Source of the DNA: Camelus dromedarius
Taxonomy: Eukaryota
Direction of reading: 5' to 3'
Assembly (NCBI RefSeq): GCF_036321535.1
Contig: NC_087445.1
Location: 9,674,001-9,738,000 of the forward strand
DNA length: 64,000 nucleotides
The notes under the pieces were generated by a model. That model searched no databases and had not been told where the DNA came from. It saw nothing but the letters and a program-made list of their open reading frames with translations. The translations under genes and the position numbers were made by a program. How positions within the stretch are numbered: the stretch's first letter is position 1; each line of letters opens with the position of its first letter. Shown in pieces: positions 14,430 to 26,891 of this stretch.

Positions 14430-15750
14430 AGTGAGAGTTTCAGCCTCAGTTCCAAAGTGTAGAGTTTGAAAGTTGTCATTCCCATCCTTACAGCAATAAA
14501 AAGGAGACTTTTGGGGGCCCATTAAGGAACTGAATTTGCAGGGCAAAATATGTGCTACAAAATGTGGAGAAACAAGTAAATCCAGAGAGTCAGAGCTGAG
14601 ACCTGCTTACCCAGAGCAGAAACTGCTGGAAAAATAAAGTGGTTGGAAAACTTAAATAATAAATGTTGACCATTGAGTGAGAAACTCCTGGGATCTCTAA
14701 TTATAATTGTTCCACTTAGAGAAGAGATCAAAGGGATTCATAAGCTGCTCCATTAAAATGAGAAGGTAGGAAACCTCTCAGAATGAGTAAAAAATAGTTA
14801 CAAATATGATTGTTGTTAATTCAACTGTATTATTAATTTTAATGTAAAGTGTCTAAATATGCCAATTAAAAGATGGACATTATGAGAATGAATCTTTTTG
14901 AAAAAGCAGCCAGATCCAATTAGATATTATCTAACCAGAATCTCATTATAAATACAAAGATTCTGAGAAATCACAAATAAAAGTGGGGGGAGTTACACCA
15001 TGCTAAAACTTTCTAAACAAAACTAAAAGAGCTATCATAATTTCAGACAATTCAGTCTTCAGTAACAGGGAAAATGATCAGAGATAAATAAGAGAGTGAC
15101 ATTGTGATAAAGGGGTCAATTCTCCACAAAGACATCACAATCTTAAATACATATATGCTTAAAAATAGAGCATGTAAAAAGCTGAAGCAAAAACTGTTGT
15201 AAAGAAATAGACAAATCTGCAATTGTAGTTGAAGAGTGCAGATCCATCCCTGACATCTGTAACTGGTAGGTCAAGCAGGCAGAAAAAATCAGTCAGTGTA
15301 TAGTTGACCTAAACAGCAGTATCAATCAATGAGATCTATTTGACATTTATAAAATGCTATGTTATAGAGAAGAATACACATTCTTCTCAAGCTCTATTTG
15401 GAACATTCATTCATCAAGATAGACCATATATTGGGTCATAAAATACACCTTAATAAATTTAAAATGATGGAAATCAGAGAGCATATGTTCAGACAACAAT
15501 GGGATTAACCTAAGAATCAATAACAGAACTATCACTGGAAAAACCCCAAACTTTTGGAAATTATACAGCACACTTATAAAAGACACATAGGTCAATGTAG
15601 TCTCAAGTGAAGTTAAAAAAAACATTTCAAACTAAATGGAAATAGAACTTAAAATTTGTGAGATGCAGTGAAAACAGTTCTGAGGTAGGAATTTATAACA
15701 TTAAACACATGTATTGGAAAATAAAGAAGAATTTGAAATCATTGATCTAA
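14430..15750 (+). mobile_element. Old L1: 5' end fragment joined to the ORF2 endonuclease region
   Basis: AATGTAAAGTGTCTAAATATGCCAATTAAAAGA (decayed NVNGLNxPIKR) near 14841. ACACATTCTTCTCAAG...ATAGACCATATATTGGGTCATAAA (TFFS...IDHILGHK) near 15376-15443. Confidence 0.85.
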
Positions 15751-17889
15751 GCCAGTTGCCTAATTCCCTCTGTCTTCCCAGAGCCCAGAAAATAGTCTGT
15801 CACACTAGCTTGCTCCTGAAGTCATCACACTGGCAGCAAGATACTCTTTTAATTCCCTGTAATAACCCTGAGGCGGACAACACTGTGTCTCGAAGAAAAC
15901 ATAGTTTCTAGGGAAGCATTATTGGTTTGCCTCAAAGTGTAAATGAAGGGCATTATACTTGCATATCTGAGAGTGAAGCCATCCACTGAAAGGTATGATT
16001 TTATTCGACCATTTTCCGTATTCACTCTTTGAATAATGCTGAGTCAGGACTGTATTGTAAACTACACAATTGGGTCTGTTTGACATTATTTTAATTACTT
16101 AGTTTTTATTTATAAATAACTTTCTTCCTTACTTTCACTGGAGCTTTATTATTATTATTTCTATTTTCTCCCTGTCCCAGTCTCAATTTGCATTTAGAAT
16201 GCTTGTTGCATAAATACACAGACAGATTGAAATTTTGCAAGACACATTAAGCGCTGCAGTAGGTTGAAGAAATGAGGCCTTTAGGGAAAAAAGCAGAAGC
16301 TCCTCCCTAAAAAAAGCTCTCGCTATGATCCTTTTGTGAAATCCATCTATTGTATGTGAGGGGCACAAAAAGATGCTAACTGATCAACAACGTTCTTTTG
16401 AATGTTCTCCCAGATTTTCAATTTTGGCGCACGACGTAGTGATTTTTAGGATTGACGTATGTCAAGACACAGGCTCCCACCTTTGGCTGAGTAAGCATTA
16501 ATTTTAAAGAGACAAAGTGAAAAAATGATGTGTAATACCCTAGGTTTTTTTTTTTTTCTTTTTTTTCATATTCCATAACCTTCCTCAAATAAGTTCTATA
16601 GCTCAAAGAAAGAAATGCAATTCTTTATAGTGTTGTCATAAAAACGTTATTCTAAGTTTCAAGCTGTCACGACTTCTGATCCACAGTATTAGTTTAGAAG
16701 AAACTAAAAAAGGACTCCACCAATAGCTACACGAGAGAAGTTGACAGTATCTGTCTTTTTTTCAGAAATTTTGTTTATAATTTCAAGGGTGATGCATGCT
16801 TGCTTAAAAGAGTTCAGCTGTGTAAATTAAAAAGTTAAATTTCTCCTCGCTCAGCTCTGTGCAGTTTTACCTCCCCCTTCAAAGACATCCTAACACCCAC
16901 CAGTTTGGTTTGTATAATTGATGATTTTTTACTATGCCTCCTTATTTATGTATGTATAGTAAATATATGTGATTTCATGCATTCTATGTTTATTCAATTA
17001 TTTTAAATAGCTGTAAGTTATTCAATGCAAAAGAAGTAATTTAATGTATTTCACCGTTGCTATAAGCCACTGTGATAAATGTATAAGCTTACACACACAC
17101 AAGTACATACATGTAATGGTAATGTAATTGCTGTACCAAATTGTGTATGAGTTTATTTATATTAATAGTGACCGAAATTGCTTTAAATGTATACATTGAG
17201 GAAAAAACTAATGTCTTTAAAATCATATTGTCTCAACCAGATAATGTTTGTTTCTTTATATTCTTTCATGTCCTACAGAAATTTTTGTTCCTTTTCTTAT
17301 AAATATATTGCATATGTATTTTTAGCTTAATACAAAACATTTTAAAATTATATTGCTATGGGTAGTTTTTCATGGTATGTTCAATTTTGCTGTGAATATT
17401 TCACTTTATCACAAATGCAGTTAATAGCTGGTATACCTTAAATATTGCCCATCTCATTTTAGCCAGAAGGATATTTTTCTTTCTAGTTTTTTTAAACATA
17501 TCTTTTGATAATGTTAATTAGAGTTAGTATATCATTTTCCAGCCATCTACCACTAACCTATACATCTCTTCATTATAAAAGTTAGTACTTTGGGGACACC
17601 ATAGAATTAGGACTTAACTTTTACCCAGAGTTATTTGAATACATATCTTTTTAAAATCTATTTACAGCAGGACTCAGCAATTATACCTAATGATAAGTTA
17701 GCATAATGATGACAGATGCACAATTAATATGAATATGCACACTTCTCCACCACAGGAAATTGATCCCTCTCTCCAAAGTAACATAGAATGATTGAGCATG
17801 TGAAGTCATGCAGTAAGATGTTTTAATTGTTAGAGCTGATCATTATAGAATGTAGGTGGATATGTGATGAAATGTACTGATAAGATGGA

Positions 17890-19610
17890 TGGAATTTTCG
17901 TGTTGGCAGTGCATGGAATACACAAAGTCCTCCATGAGCACAGGCCCATTGTCACACTGCATTTGCTGTGAAGTGAGTACCTTGATCAGAACCAGTGCTG
18001 TGTGGAGTAACATAATGCTGGATAAGTTATTTTGTAAGTTCAGTAGTTTTGACAGATGTGGTCTGTTCAGGGAAGGCAAATCTGTGTCCAGAGTAAGTAC
18101 ATATTCTGATAAGAACAAAGCATAATATTGCCCTACTGTGATGGAAGTGTCCAGTATTATCAATCTGCCACCAGGTAGTGGGCTGATTACCCTGGGGAAT
18201 GGTGCCATATTGGGGACTCATGGTAGGATTCTGCTGCTGGCAGATGGGACAACAAGCAGTGGTCATAGCTATGTAGATCTTGGTGGCTGGAATCCCATGT
18301 TGCTGAGTCCATCCATTGATTGTATCCATACCTGCCATCATGATTTCTTTTATTCATGAGCACATTAGGCATGCAGAGGTGACTGGGTAAAGAGGCTGAC
18401 TGAGATCCACAGAATGGGTCATCTTGTCTACTTGATTATTAAAATCCATATACATCTTCCCTAAATTTCCATACTGCTGAATTCCAATCATGTTCCTTCC
18501 AAGTCTCTAACCATCCAGCCAAATCTTTGGCCACAGCCCATTAATTGGCATATTAATTGCATGTCTGGTCATTTCTTCTTCCAAGCAAAATGAACAACCA
18601 GGTGTACTGATGGACGCTCTCTTTACTGGAAGGATTTCCTCTACCACTGTCCTTCAGGGATGTCCTGGAAAGTGACAGGGGTGTTTCAGCTGTCCCCTTT
18701 CAAGTGGTGGCTGATTATCATACAGAACCATCTTTAAACCACGTATATACTGCTTCCATTTGCTGATGAAATGCTTCTGTGCACACCTAACTTTATGGCT
18801 TGTTAGGGTGAATAATGGCCAGTTTATGATGGGAAGCTCAGATTGCCTGGTAAGTAGGTGATCCATGGTTAAGTGTCAGTCTCTACTGAGGCCAGTAGCA
18901 GCCAAGAATTGTTCCTCAAGGAGCTGTGGGTCTGTACACTGGCTCAGATCTCACAGGTGATTAGGGTGCTGTCCCTCTCTTGTTTGTTATGATTCAAGTT
19001 AGACTTTTGCTCACTGTCCATAGGACTTTTATGCTTATATGTATGAAGTAAGAACTGAATATGCTTCCTCTGTTTCAGTTGTACGAACAGCATGATCAAT
19101 TAGCCACCACCATAGGTCTGTGTGAGTCAGATGATGCTAATTGCTACTTTGGCTCTGTAGTCCATTATGGTAAACACACCCACCTCACCTTTGGTGACTG
19201 GGTCCTGCCACTTGGCCCCTGTCACCCCAGAATCCAATTACTCCTGTTGCATTTGGGTTTCTCAGTTCACTGGCTGCTGTTCCCATTCTAAGGTCTGGCC
19301 TACAGAGAAAAGCAATTATAGAACTCTTCACGGATTATGTGGCTCCCCTCACAAGTATATTTGTTTTGGTATTGATGAGATATGTCTTCTGATCCTCCTA
19401 GTGAGAGTGAACAAGTCTTAAATGACAAATACCCTCTAACATTCCAGTCTCCTTAAGCCTTTATATCCCTTCCTATACATTGAACCAAAACAGGTCTGAC
19501 ATTTTTCAGTCACTTTTGGTCTATGTTTTAACCAACCAAACACATTGTTAGAGCCCTAACTCCCAGAGTTACAACATTAAATGCAGAATCTCTGCTTAGT
19601 GAGTCCAGAT
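17890..19610 (-). mobile_element. ERV-L (MLT2-associated) internal region: gag and pol (RNase H/integrase) remnants, internally deleted
   Basis: The minus strand gives WTQQHGIPATK...CPICQQQNPTMSPQYGTIPQGNQPTTWWQID (ERV-L integrase Zn-finger C-x2-C plus the first catalytic D) and SDQGTHFTA near 17965-17990 (second catalytic D). Confidence 0.92.
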
Positions 19611-19629
19611 CTGTCTACCTATGTCCATC

Positions 19630-20061
19630 ATTTGTCTATATTATATAAGGAGTATATGTAAGGAATTGGCTCATATATTGTAGACTTTGAGAAGTTGCAC
19701 AATGTGACATCTAAAAGCTCGAGGCCAAGGAAAGCTAGTCATGTACTTCAAGTTCAAGCCCAAAGGCCCAAGAACCTGGGGAGCTTAAGGTATAAATCTC
19801 AGTCCAAATTCAGGAGAAGACCAATGCCCAGCTCATCCAGTGAGACAGAGTGAATTCTTCTTTCCTCTGCCTTTTTATTCAGTTCAGTCCTCAACAGAAT
19901 GGATGGTGTCCACCCACATCAGGCAATCTTTATTAAGTCTGCAAACTCAAATGCCAGTTGCAATCAGAAACCTGCAGGCACACCCAGAAATAATGTTTAG
20001 TCAAATACCTAACTGGGAATTCAGTGGCCTGGTCAAGTGGACAAATAAAATTAGCCATCAT
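19630..20061 (-). mobile_element. MLT2 (B/C-like) LTR, the 5' LTR of the ERV-L above
   Basis: TAAGGAATTGGCTCA...GGAAAGCT...CAGTCCTCAACAGAATGGATGGTGTCCACCCACAT...CACACCCAGAAATAATGTTTA...CAAGTGGACAAATAAAATTAGCCATCA are MLT2 hallmarks. Confidence 0.88.
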
Positions 20062-20634
20062 ATCCTTCTAAGAATTCAAACTAATTTTTTAGCCCAATAA
20101 TTTCAGCTCTATGATGGTCTCAAAAAAAATGTGGATTTGTAGTTCATCTTTTTTGTTGTTGTTATTTCAGGAGCAGTGCATGTTCTAGATTTTTACAGAA
20201 TAGGTAGATGAAGAAATCCTGGATTTGTGTTTTTAAAATGTGTATGATAACACGACATGCCCTTGTTTACAATCATGTAATGAATCCTAGTTGTGCTTAA
20301 TACAAAGTTCAATTTATTACCATGATCTTGAATAATTTTTTAACCTGCCTTCTCCTAGGTCTTTTTTTTTTTTACCATTCTTTTTTCACTCTTACTCAGC
20401 TCTAACACACTGTACTATCTGCAGTCTACCATCAGTTTTCTAAATATGCTAATACGTGTGTCACCTGGTGGCTTTTGTCTATATGGTTCTCTCTCAAATT
20501 CTTCCTCTCAGATTTTAAAATGTTTTATTAATTTCCAGTACTTCAGGAGAGTTCCTGGTTTAAATATCATCCTAAAAGATGTAAGAGACTTGGTGTCCAT
20601 GCCATTTTGTTTCCTTTGGAGGACAGTTTCTAAC

Positions 20635-20941
20635 ACCAAACTTACAAAGAAGAACTCATACCAGTCCTTCTTAAACTCTTCCAGAAGATTGAAAGGAGGG
20701 AATACTCCCAAACTCATGCTATGAAGCCACCATCACCCTGACACCGAAACCAGGCAAAGACACCACCAAAAAAGAGAATTACAGACCGATATCACTGATG
20801 AACAAAGATGCAAAAATCCTTACCAAAATATTAGCAAATAGAATCCAACAGCACATAAAAAAGATGATATATCATGATCAAGTGGGGTTCATCCCATGGA
20901 CACAAGGGTGGCTCAGCATATGCAAATCGATCAGTGTAATA
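20635..20941 (+). mobile_element. Young L1 ORF2 internal fragment (N-terminal part of RT), no 3' UTR or poly(A)
   Basis: Encodes [44 protein letters not shown], the L1 ORF2 RT motif. CpGs are retained and both ends are abrupt. Confidence 0.95.
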
Positions 20942-22594
20942 ATACTTGTATTTCTTTTGATTGTGGATACTTCAAGTCTTTGTTTTCGCAAGGGGAGCAC
21001 CTTGGGAATTGATATCAAATCCATTTTCCTCTACACTAAGATTTCAAGTTCGTGAAGAGTTTTCTGTGCATAAAAGTACATTTACAAATACTTATTTTTC
21101 ACTTTGGTTAGCAGGGACCTTGTTGTTTTAGCAGTTCTAATTGTATACTCATGAGTTTCATCGGAGTCAAGCCTGGTCTTGAAGAAAATAACTTTGCTAC
21201 AGGGTGATTCAGCATAAAGATTAACTTAAAGTACCAAACAACATGGGGTGTATCTTTTGTTTTCTTTTACCCTGCACATAGTATTTTGTTTCCCACGTAC
21301 TTAGAGCTGTTAATTATCCCATGTCTTACTTCACTGTGTCTGCTGTGTGTGTTTATACTGCATGGATTCTCTCAGGAAAACAGGAACAGGCCAGGTGTGA
21401 ATGTTAATATAATACGTACACCATACGAGAAATGGTTAGGTATACTACAATGTAGATTACATGGAAAGTTACTTCCATGCTAATATCGTATATTCACCAA
21501 ATTCATCTTTTAAGACAAGCCCAATGAATTATTTTTACATTTATTTAAGCCACATTCTCCAGTTGTGTATTGATTTTAATGACATTTAAATGAGGTAGAA
21601 TTTCTGTAACAGTGTTATCTGTTGTATTGTTTGATATTGGTTACTTTGCACTAGGTGATTCCTAAGGATTCAGGAGGAATGTAGATTGAGGCAGGATTTT
21701 TAAAACCCTTTGCTCTTATTTAACCTGCTTTATCATAATCTAAAACATTTCCAACTAGCGGCTAAAAGAGTGCATATCTTTTATACAGACCGTATCCAAA
21801 ATTATGTTTCAAGTCGTGATACTGATCGTAAATTCCACATCCTGCAGTTTGACCCAAAAAGACTTGAAGACTTTGACTGAAACCTTATTTTCCTTTCTAA
21901 ATACTTTTTTTCTTGTTATTCATTTCATATAATACTACTTTATTTTCCCAGCCTTCTCCACTCTCCAAAAAGCAAGAATTTGTGTATTCATTCAGAATTT
22001 TTTCTCCCTTGTGAATCACCCTTCATTTTTATATTGAATCCTAGTGGTTCTGATCCCATATCAACATTACTGATATGCACCTGTGTCTCTCCAGCTCCAC
22101 TACTGGAGAATATAAGGTGCTCGTCTAGACTTATATTAGTCTCCTCAATGGCTTCACTTCCTCAAAGTTATTTTACTTTCAGTATATTTAAAAATTCTCC
22201 CTGATAAGTCTGAACTGTTTGAAAATGTCCCTCAAGTTTTCCTTTAGTCTGCAAAGTAAATATAAACATCCTCAGCTTTGCTTTCAGTGCCCATATCTAT
22301 CATAATGTACATTAAGAGATTTATCTCACTGGTATGTTTTATGCTTCTTCTCTTAAAAACTCTTAAAATTCAACCATCTTGATCATAAAGGGGGAGATTA
22401 TGATTCAAAAATGTAGTCTAGTATTAGTGAATTGCAACTCAGTCCTTTGAAAAGTCCCAGTTTGGATAACTAGTGTCTACTTAATTTTTCTTATAAAATG
22501 ATAGCTGAACTGTTAGATGCTTTCCACACTGTAATGATGTGTGAGGTTACACTGACAATTAAGATTCACGGAGCCCATGGTGCACAAACTCTAT

Positions 22595-22985
22595 TCTAAT
22601 GTGCAAAGTACTTTCCATCACTATATCATTCAATTCTAACAGGAATTCTGTAGAGTTAGGGACTATTACTTTTTCCACTTTACAGATGAAATCACAGTTT
22701 GCAGAGTTTATTTCAACTCTTATTTAGCTAATATGAAGCTTTAAATTCAGGTCTTCCTTACCCTAAAGCAAATAAAATAATGGTAGTGAATACTTGCTAT
22801 GTACTAGAGAACTCGCTCAGAAGTCTTCAGAATGTCGTTTTAGCTAAACTTGACAATGAGACTGTGCAAGCTGGGAGATGTAAAGGACTTGCTGAAGGTT
22901 ATACAGGAATAAGGTGTCAGAGGTGAAACTCAAGCACGGGTCTTGGGAGTCCCAAGACCATAGACTATTTCCACTCCACTCTATA
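22595..22985 (-). mobile_element. Two MIR fragments
   Basis: CCACTTTACAGATGAAATCACAG core near 22674; GGACTTGCTGAAGGTTATACAG...AAACTCAAGCACGGGTCT near 22885-22945. Confidence 0.65.
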
Positions 22986-23654
22986 GTAATGGCTATATTC
23001 AGACAGGTCTAGGCCTTTTCTTCTCTACCTTTTCCCACTAGCTTGGAAGAATTCACAAGTGTACAACTTCTTTAAGTGGTACACTGAAGGTAGCTCAAAA
23101 GGCTCTAATGATGAAAAGCTGGGAAAAAATTATGTGGGAGAAAAGCGTTGACTTCCTTTTCTCCTAACTATTGCACCTGAAGTTTGTTTATAAACCTCAG
23201 TATTTCCTGAATTTCAAAATTTTACTGTCTGATATAATTCACTTGAAATCTTTGCCTATTCTCTCAGTGACACATATTTTCATAAGAAAGTGACAATTCC
23301 ACAACAGGGAAAAATTTGAAAAACACTCAGGGAGAAGCCGTTATCAGATTTGGAGAAGAATTCTATTTAAACTAGGGTTCTTACACCGAGCCTCCCAAGA
23401 TGAATTAAGTTGATTTCTCAGTTGGCACATGCGTGCATTTAACCAACGTTGGATTTTCAAGAGCAGATGCCAATTGGTTGACATCCTATGAGCACCTTAA
23501 AGAAGGGTGTGGAGATGATTAAGGTAGTTCTGAGAAGAATTCATCCTTAAGGCTGTAGAATAATGGACTTTAAATTGTGAATTCTCAGATAAATAGCTTA
23601 CTTTTTAATACATGACCCAGGTACATTTTGAGGTTAGCCTTTAACTCAAAATAA

Positions 23655-24320
23655 TTCCTTTGATGTTCATCTAAGTTGTATCTGTCAATCATTTCTTTAT
23701 TTTTATTGCTGAGTGGTGTTACCTGGTAAGGATGTAGCACAGTTTGCAACCTTTCGCCCACTGGAGGATTTCAGGGTTATTTCTGGTTTGAGGCTATTAC
23801 AACATATGAACATTTGTGTACAGCCTTTCTCTTGTGCACAGCTTTTCATTTCTGTCTCATAAATGCTCGAGTGTGTTTCATTGTGTGTAGTTCCTATTGA
23901 TTTTTTCCAGGCTTACTAACCTTTTCTCCTGCAGTATGCAATCTTCTGTTAATCCCATCCAGTGTATTTTTCATTTTAGACATATTTTTTTCCATCTCTA
24001 AATGATTGATTTGGGTCTTTTGCAAATATCTTTCCTGTTCCTGCTTAATATTCTCAATATTTTCCCTACCCTTCCTCTGTAAGATGCACAATAATAATAA
24101 CTATTTTAATATCTTTATCAGAAAATTCTGTCATCTCTTTTTTCTTGCTCTGTTTCTGTTGATTGATTTGTTCTGCGTCATACATCTGGTAATTTTTTTT
24201 TTCATTGAGTGACAAAATTGTGAATTTGATCTTGCTGGGTGATAGATATTTTTATATTCCTGTAAATATACCTGAGGTTTGTTCTCTGGTGCAGTTAAAC
24301 ATCTTGGTGACAGCTTGAAA
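23655..24320 (-). mobile_element. Old L1 fragments: 3' UTR piece plus ORF1 piece
   Basis: The ORF at 23894-24091 (QINHLEMEKNMSKMKNTLDGINRRLHTAGEKVS) matches the L1 ORF1p coiled coil (EILEMKNTISEMKNSLDGINSRLDTAEEKIS-like). Confidence 0.8.
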
Positions 24321-24850
24321 AGTAGGAGAACAGGTAAGTTGAAAGACAGATCTAGACATAGGAAATGAAGGAACTGGCTTATTCAATCATGGGGGCTGGT
24401 TAAGGGGTTTGTACAAGGCCATTTCTGTATCTAACATGGGAGCTCAACGTCCATAGGTAGGCAGTCTGATGAGGGGCTTAGGAGCAGCCTTAACCCCATG
24501 AACGGGAACCTCACAAGGACTAATTAAAATTCTTGTCCTTTTTTCTTGCCTCTGACTTAGTTGAGAAAGATATCCTGCATAGGTAAGCACCCTCCATGCA
24601 ACTCAACACCCCTGGCCCAGGAGTCAGAGAAACTGAATGAAGGTCCAGAGAGAAGAGTGGGCAACCACAGGCCCAGAGCTGCTCTGGGTCAAGGAAGTGA
24701 GTCAGCAGAAGCACAGCAAAACATGTGTCTGTGACAGAATGGCTGCTCCCTCCTTGAACCTGCCACCTCTCACAGGAGAATTGCCCTGGGAGCTTACCCC
24801 AACAGGAAACATACTAGAAAGGACACCCTGAGAAATTCTGTTAGAATTTC
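24320..24850 (-). mobile_element. Probable old ERVL LTR (MLT2E/F-like) nested in L1
   Basis: AAGGAACTGGCTTATTCAATCATGGGGGCTGG motif; a GC-richer block that interrupts L1 sequence continuing on both sides. Confidence 0.5.
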
Positions 24851-26050
24851 CAGAACATCCCTGAGTCAAGTCTCATTTTGTTTCACTCCTGAAGCAATTT
24901 CTCTCTGAGTACTCTTCCCAATGTTCCATGAATTCCAAGGTTTTTGACTCTTGGTGGGAGGAGCACAAATTATTCTTAAACCTGTAGAGCCCCAGGGATA
25001 GGTCCCTGTCTTCCTTTCTGATGATGTTGGGTAGTTGCCTCACTCAAGTACCACTTACTACTCTACTGATGACTCGAGGGCTCCCTCTGCAGATATCTGG
25101 GGCTTCTCTCCCTACCCTCTCTTTTCCTCCACAGTTCTATCCTCTCTAGTAGCCTGCCTGGACAATTTTAGCTCCTTGGGCTCTCTGAAATCATAACTCA
25201 AGTCTTAGCAACTCAGCCAGATTCCACCTGGCTTCAACATTCCCGTGCTTGTTCCTAGAAAGTCTCTGCTTAATGAGTGGTGGTGACTGTAGGCTCACCT
25301 CATTTGCTTCCCATCTGTCAGGAGTGTTGACCTGGTTGGCTGATATCCAAACATGTTTGTTTCATGTATTTTGTCAACTTCTGTTAGTTGTTTTCGAGAA
25401 GAGGGAATCAGGTTCTTATTACTCCAGCTGGGCTGGAAGGAGTATTCTCTCTTAGATTTTAATATTATTCTGATTCACTCTTTCTGGAGGGCATTATCTT
25501 CTGGAGACATTTTTAGGCAAGAGACTATTTTATGCATGCTGTCCTCTCCTATTGATGGATCCTGAACTCTAAACTTTGTTTCCAGAGCCCAGTAAAATTT
25601 CAGAAAATACCACTGTACTTTTCAGAGGTTTTTTTGTCATTGTTGTTGTGGTTTTTTTTCCCCTCTCACCCTGCACTGCTATAGAATTGATCTTTCCTGA
25701 GGAGAATTATGATGAAGTTTGTTGCTGAAATCTCCAGTGTTATCTCTTCTCCGTGAAGTCATCAGAGTCACAGCTGGTTTCCCATCCAATTACAGTCACC
25801 CTCTTTCTTTGCAGAACATTTCAGCTTCTTGTCTTTTCCCTTCATCTGCACATGGCCTGGGAGAAGAAGGACTGGTTAATCATAAATCACCTCTCTGAAG
25901 TGTTATCTCTATATAGTTATTGTCCTTTTGTCTTTGTTGGCCCATCAGTTTTTGAAAAAATTTAAAATATTTTTAATACAAACTTAAGTGTTCTTAATAG
26001 TAGCTCTTTTCTACCACAACTACTCCATTTACCCAAAAGTAGAAGCCAAC
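24850..26050 (-). mobile_element. Old L1 5'-UTR-like fragments
   Basis: TCCCTCTGCAGATATCTGG...TGTAGGCTCACCTCATTTGCTTCCC...TTACTCCAGCTGGGCTGGAAG, typical of antisense L1M/L1ME 5' ends. Confidence 0.6.
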
Positions 26051-26891
26051 TGTTATTTTTTAAATTATATTTTTATAAATGTGTATGTGTGAACATTTTT
26101 GGTTATACTTATGTTTTGATAGTTATTCTGTTACAAGGTAGTTTTAACCAACATAAAAAATTGCTGCTACTGGGTCATCTATGCATATCTTGTAGTGCCT
26201 TCATAATAAAAATTCTTAAATAAACTTTTAAACTTTATATCTAATCAGTTTATAGCATATTTTTAAAAAATAGTGTTACTCTCCTTTCTTAGTATATGGT
26301 AATTAAGACACTTACTAAGAAAATACCAAGTTCTAGAAGCTTAACTTTTGGCCATGTTATGGAACATAAAGCATAACTTTGGGCTATATTATAGAACAAA
26401 TTAGCCAATGATATCTCACTCTGATATGAAATGGACATTATTTTCAAATTTGAAAGGAACTAGAAAAATACTCTTCTGATCCTGAAATGTATAGACCATA
26501 TGCAAAAAGATATGACATGGTTTAGGCTGAAAACATACATTTTGATACCCCAATTTAGATGAGTATTGCAAATTCAGTATATAAGGAATTTACTCTTTAA
26601 GAGGTAAAGTTGGATAATAGATGAACAAATGCACCAGAAGCATGAGGAGGTAGGAAAATTGGATTTTTGTCTCTAGTATTCATTATTGTGTGGTAGGGAG
26701 GTCCTTTAGCTCCTTTGACCATTTGTAATAACCATAAGATGATTCTGCTCCAAGCCTTGTCTGACTCACAAGCTGTTGTGACAAGTAAATGGGATAGAGT
26801 ATATGAAATCAATATATAAACATGAAACTCTGAAAATATATGTGATTATACTTATTCAGGAAACTGAGTTTTCCAGACTTACTCTTCATTT

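Noticed and set aside
18027..18341. Possible domesticated integrase ORF
   Set aside because: It is frameshifted between the catalytic residues and truncated, which is ordinary ERV-L decay.
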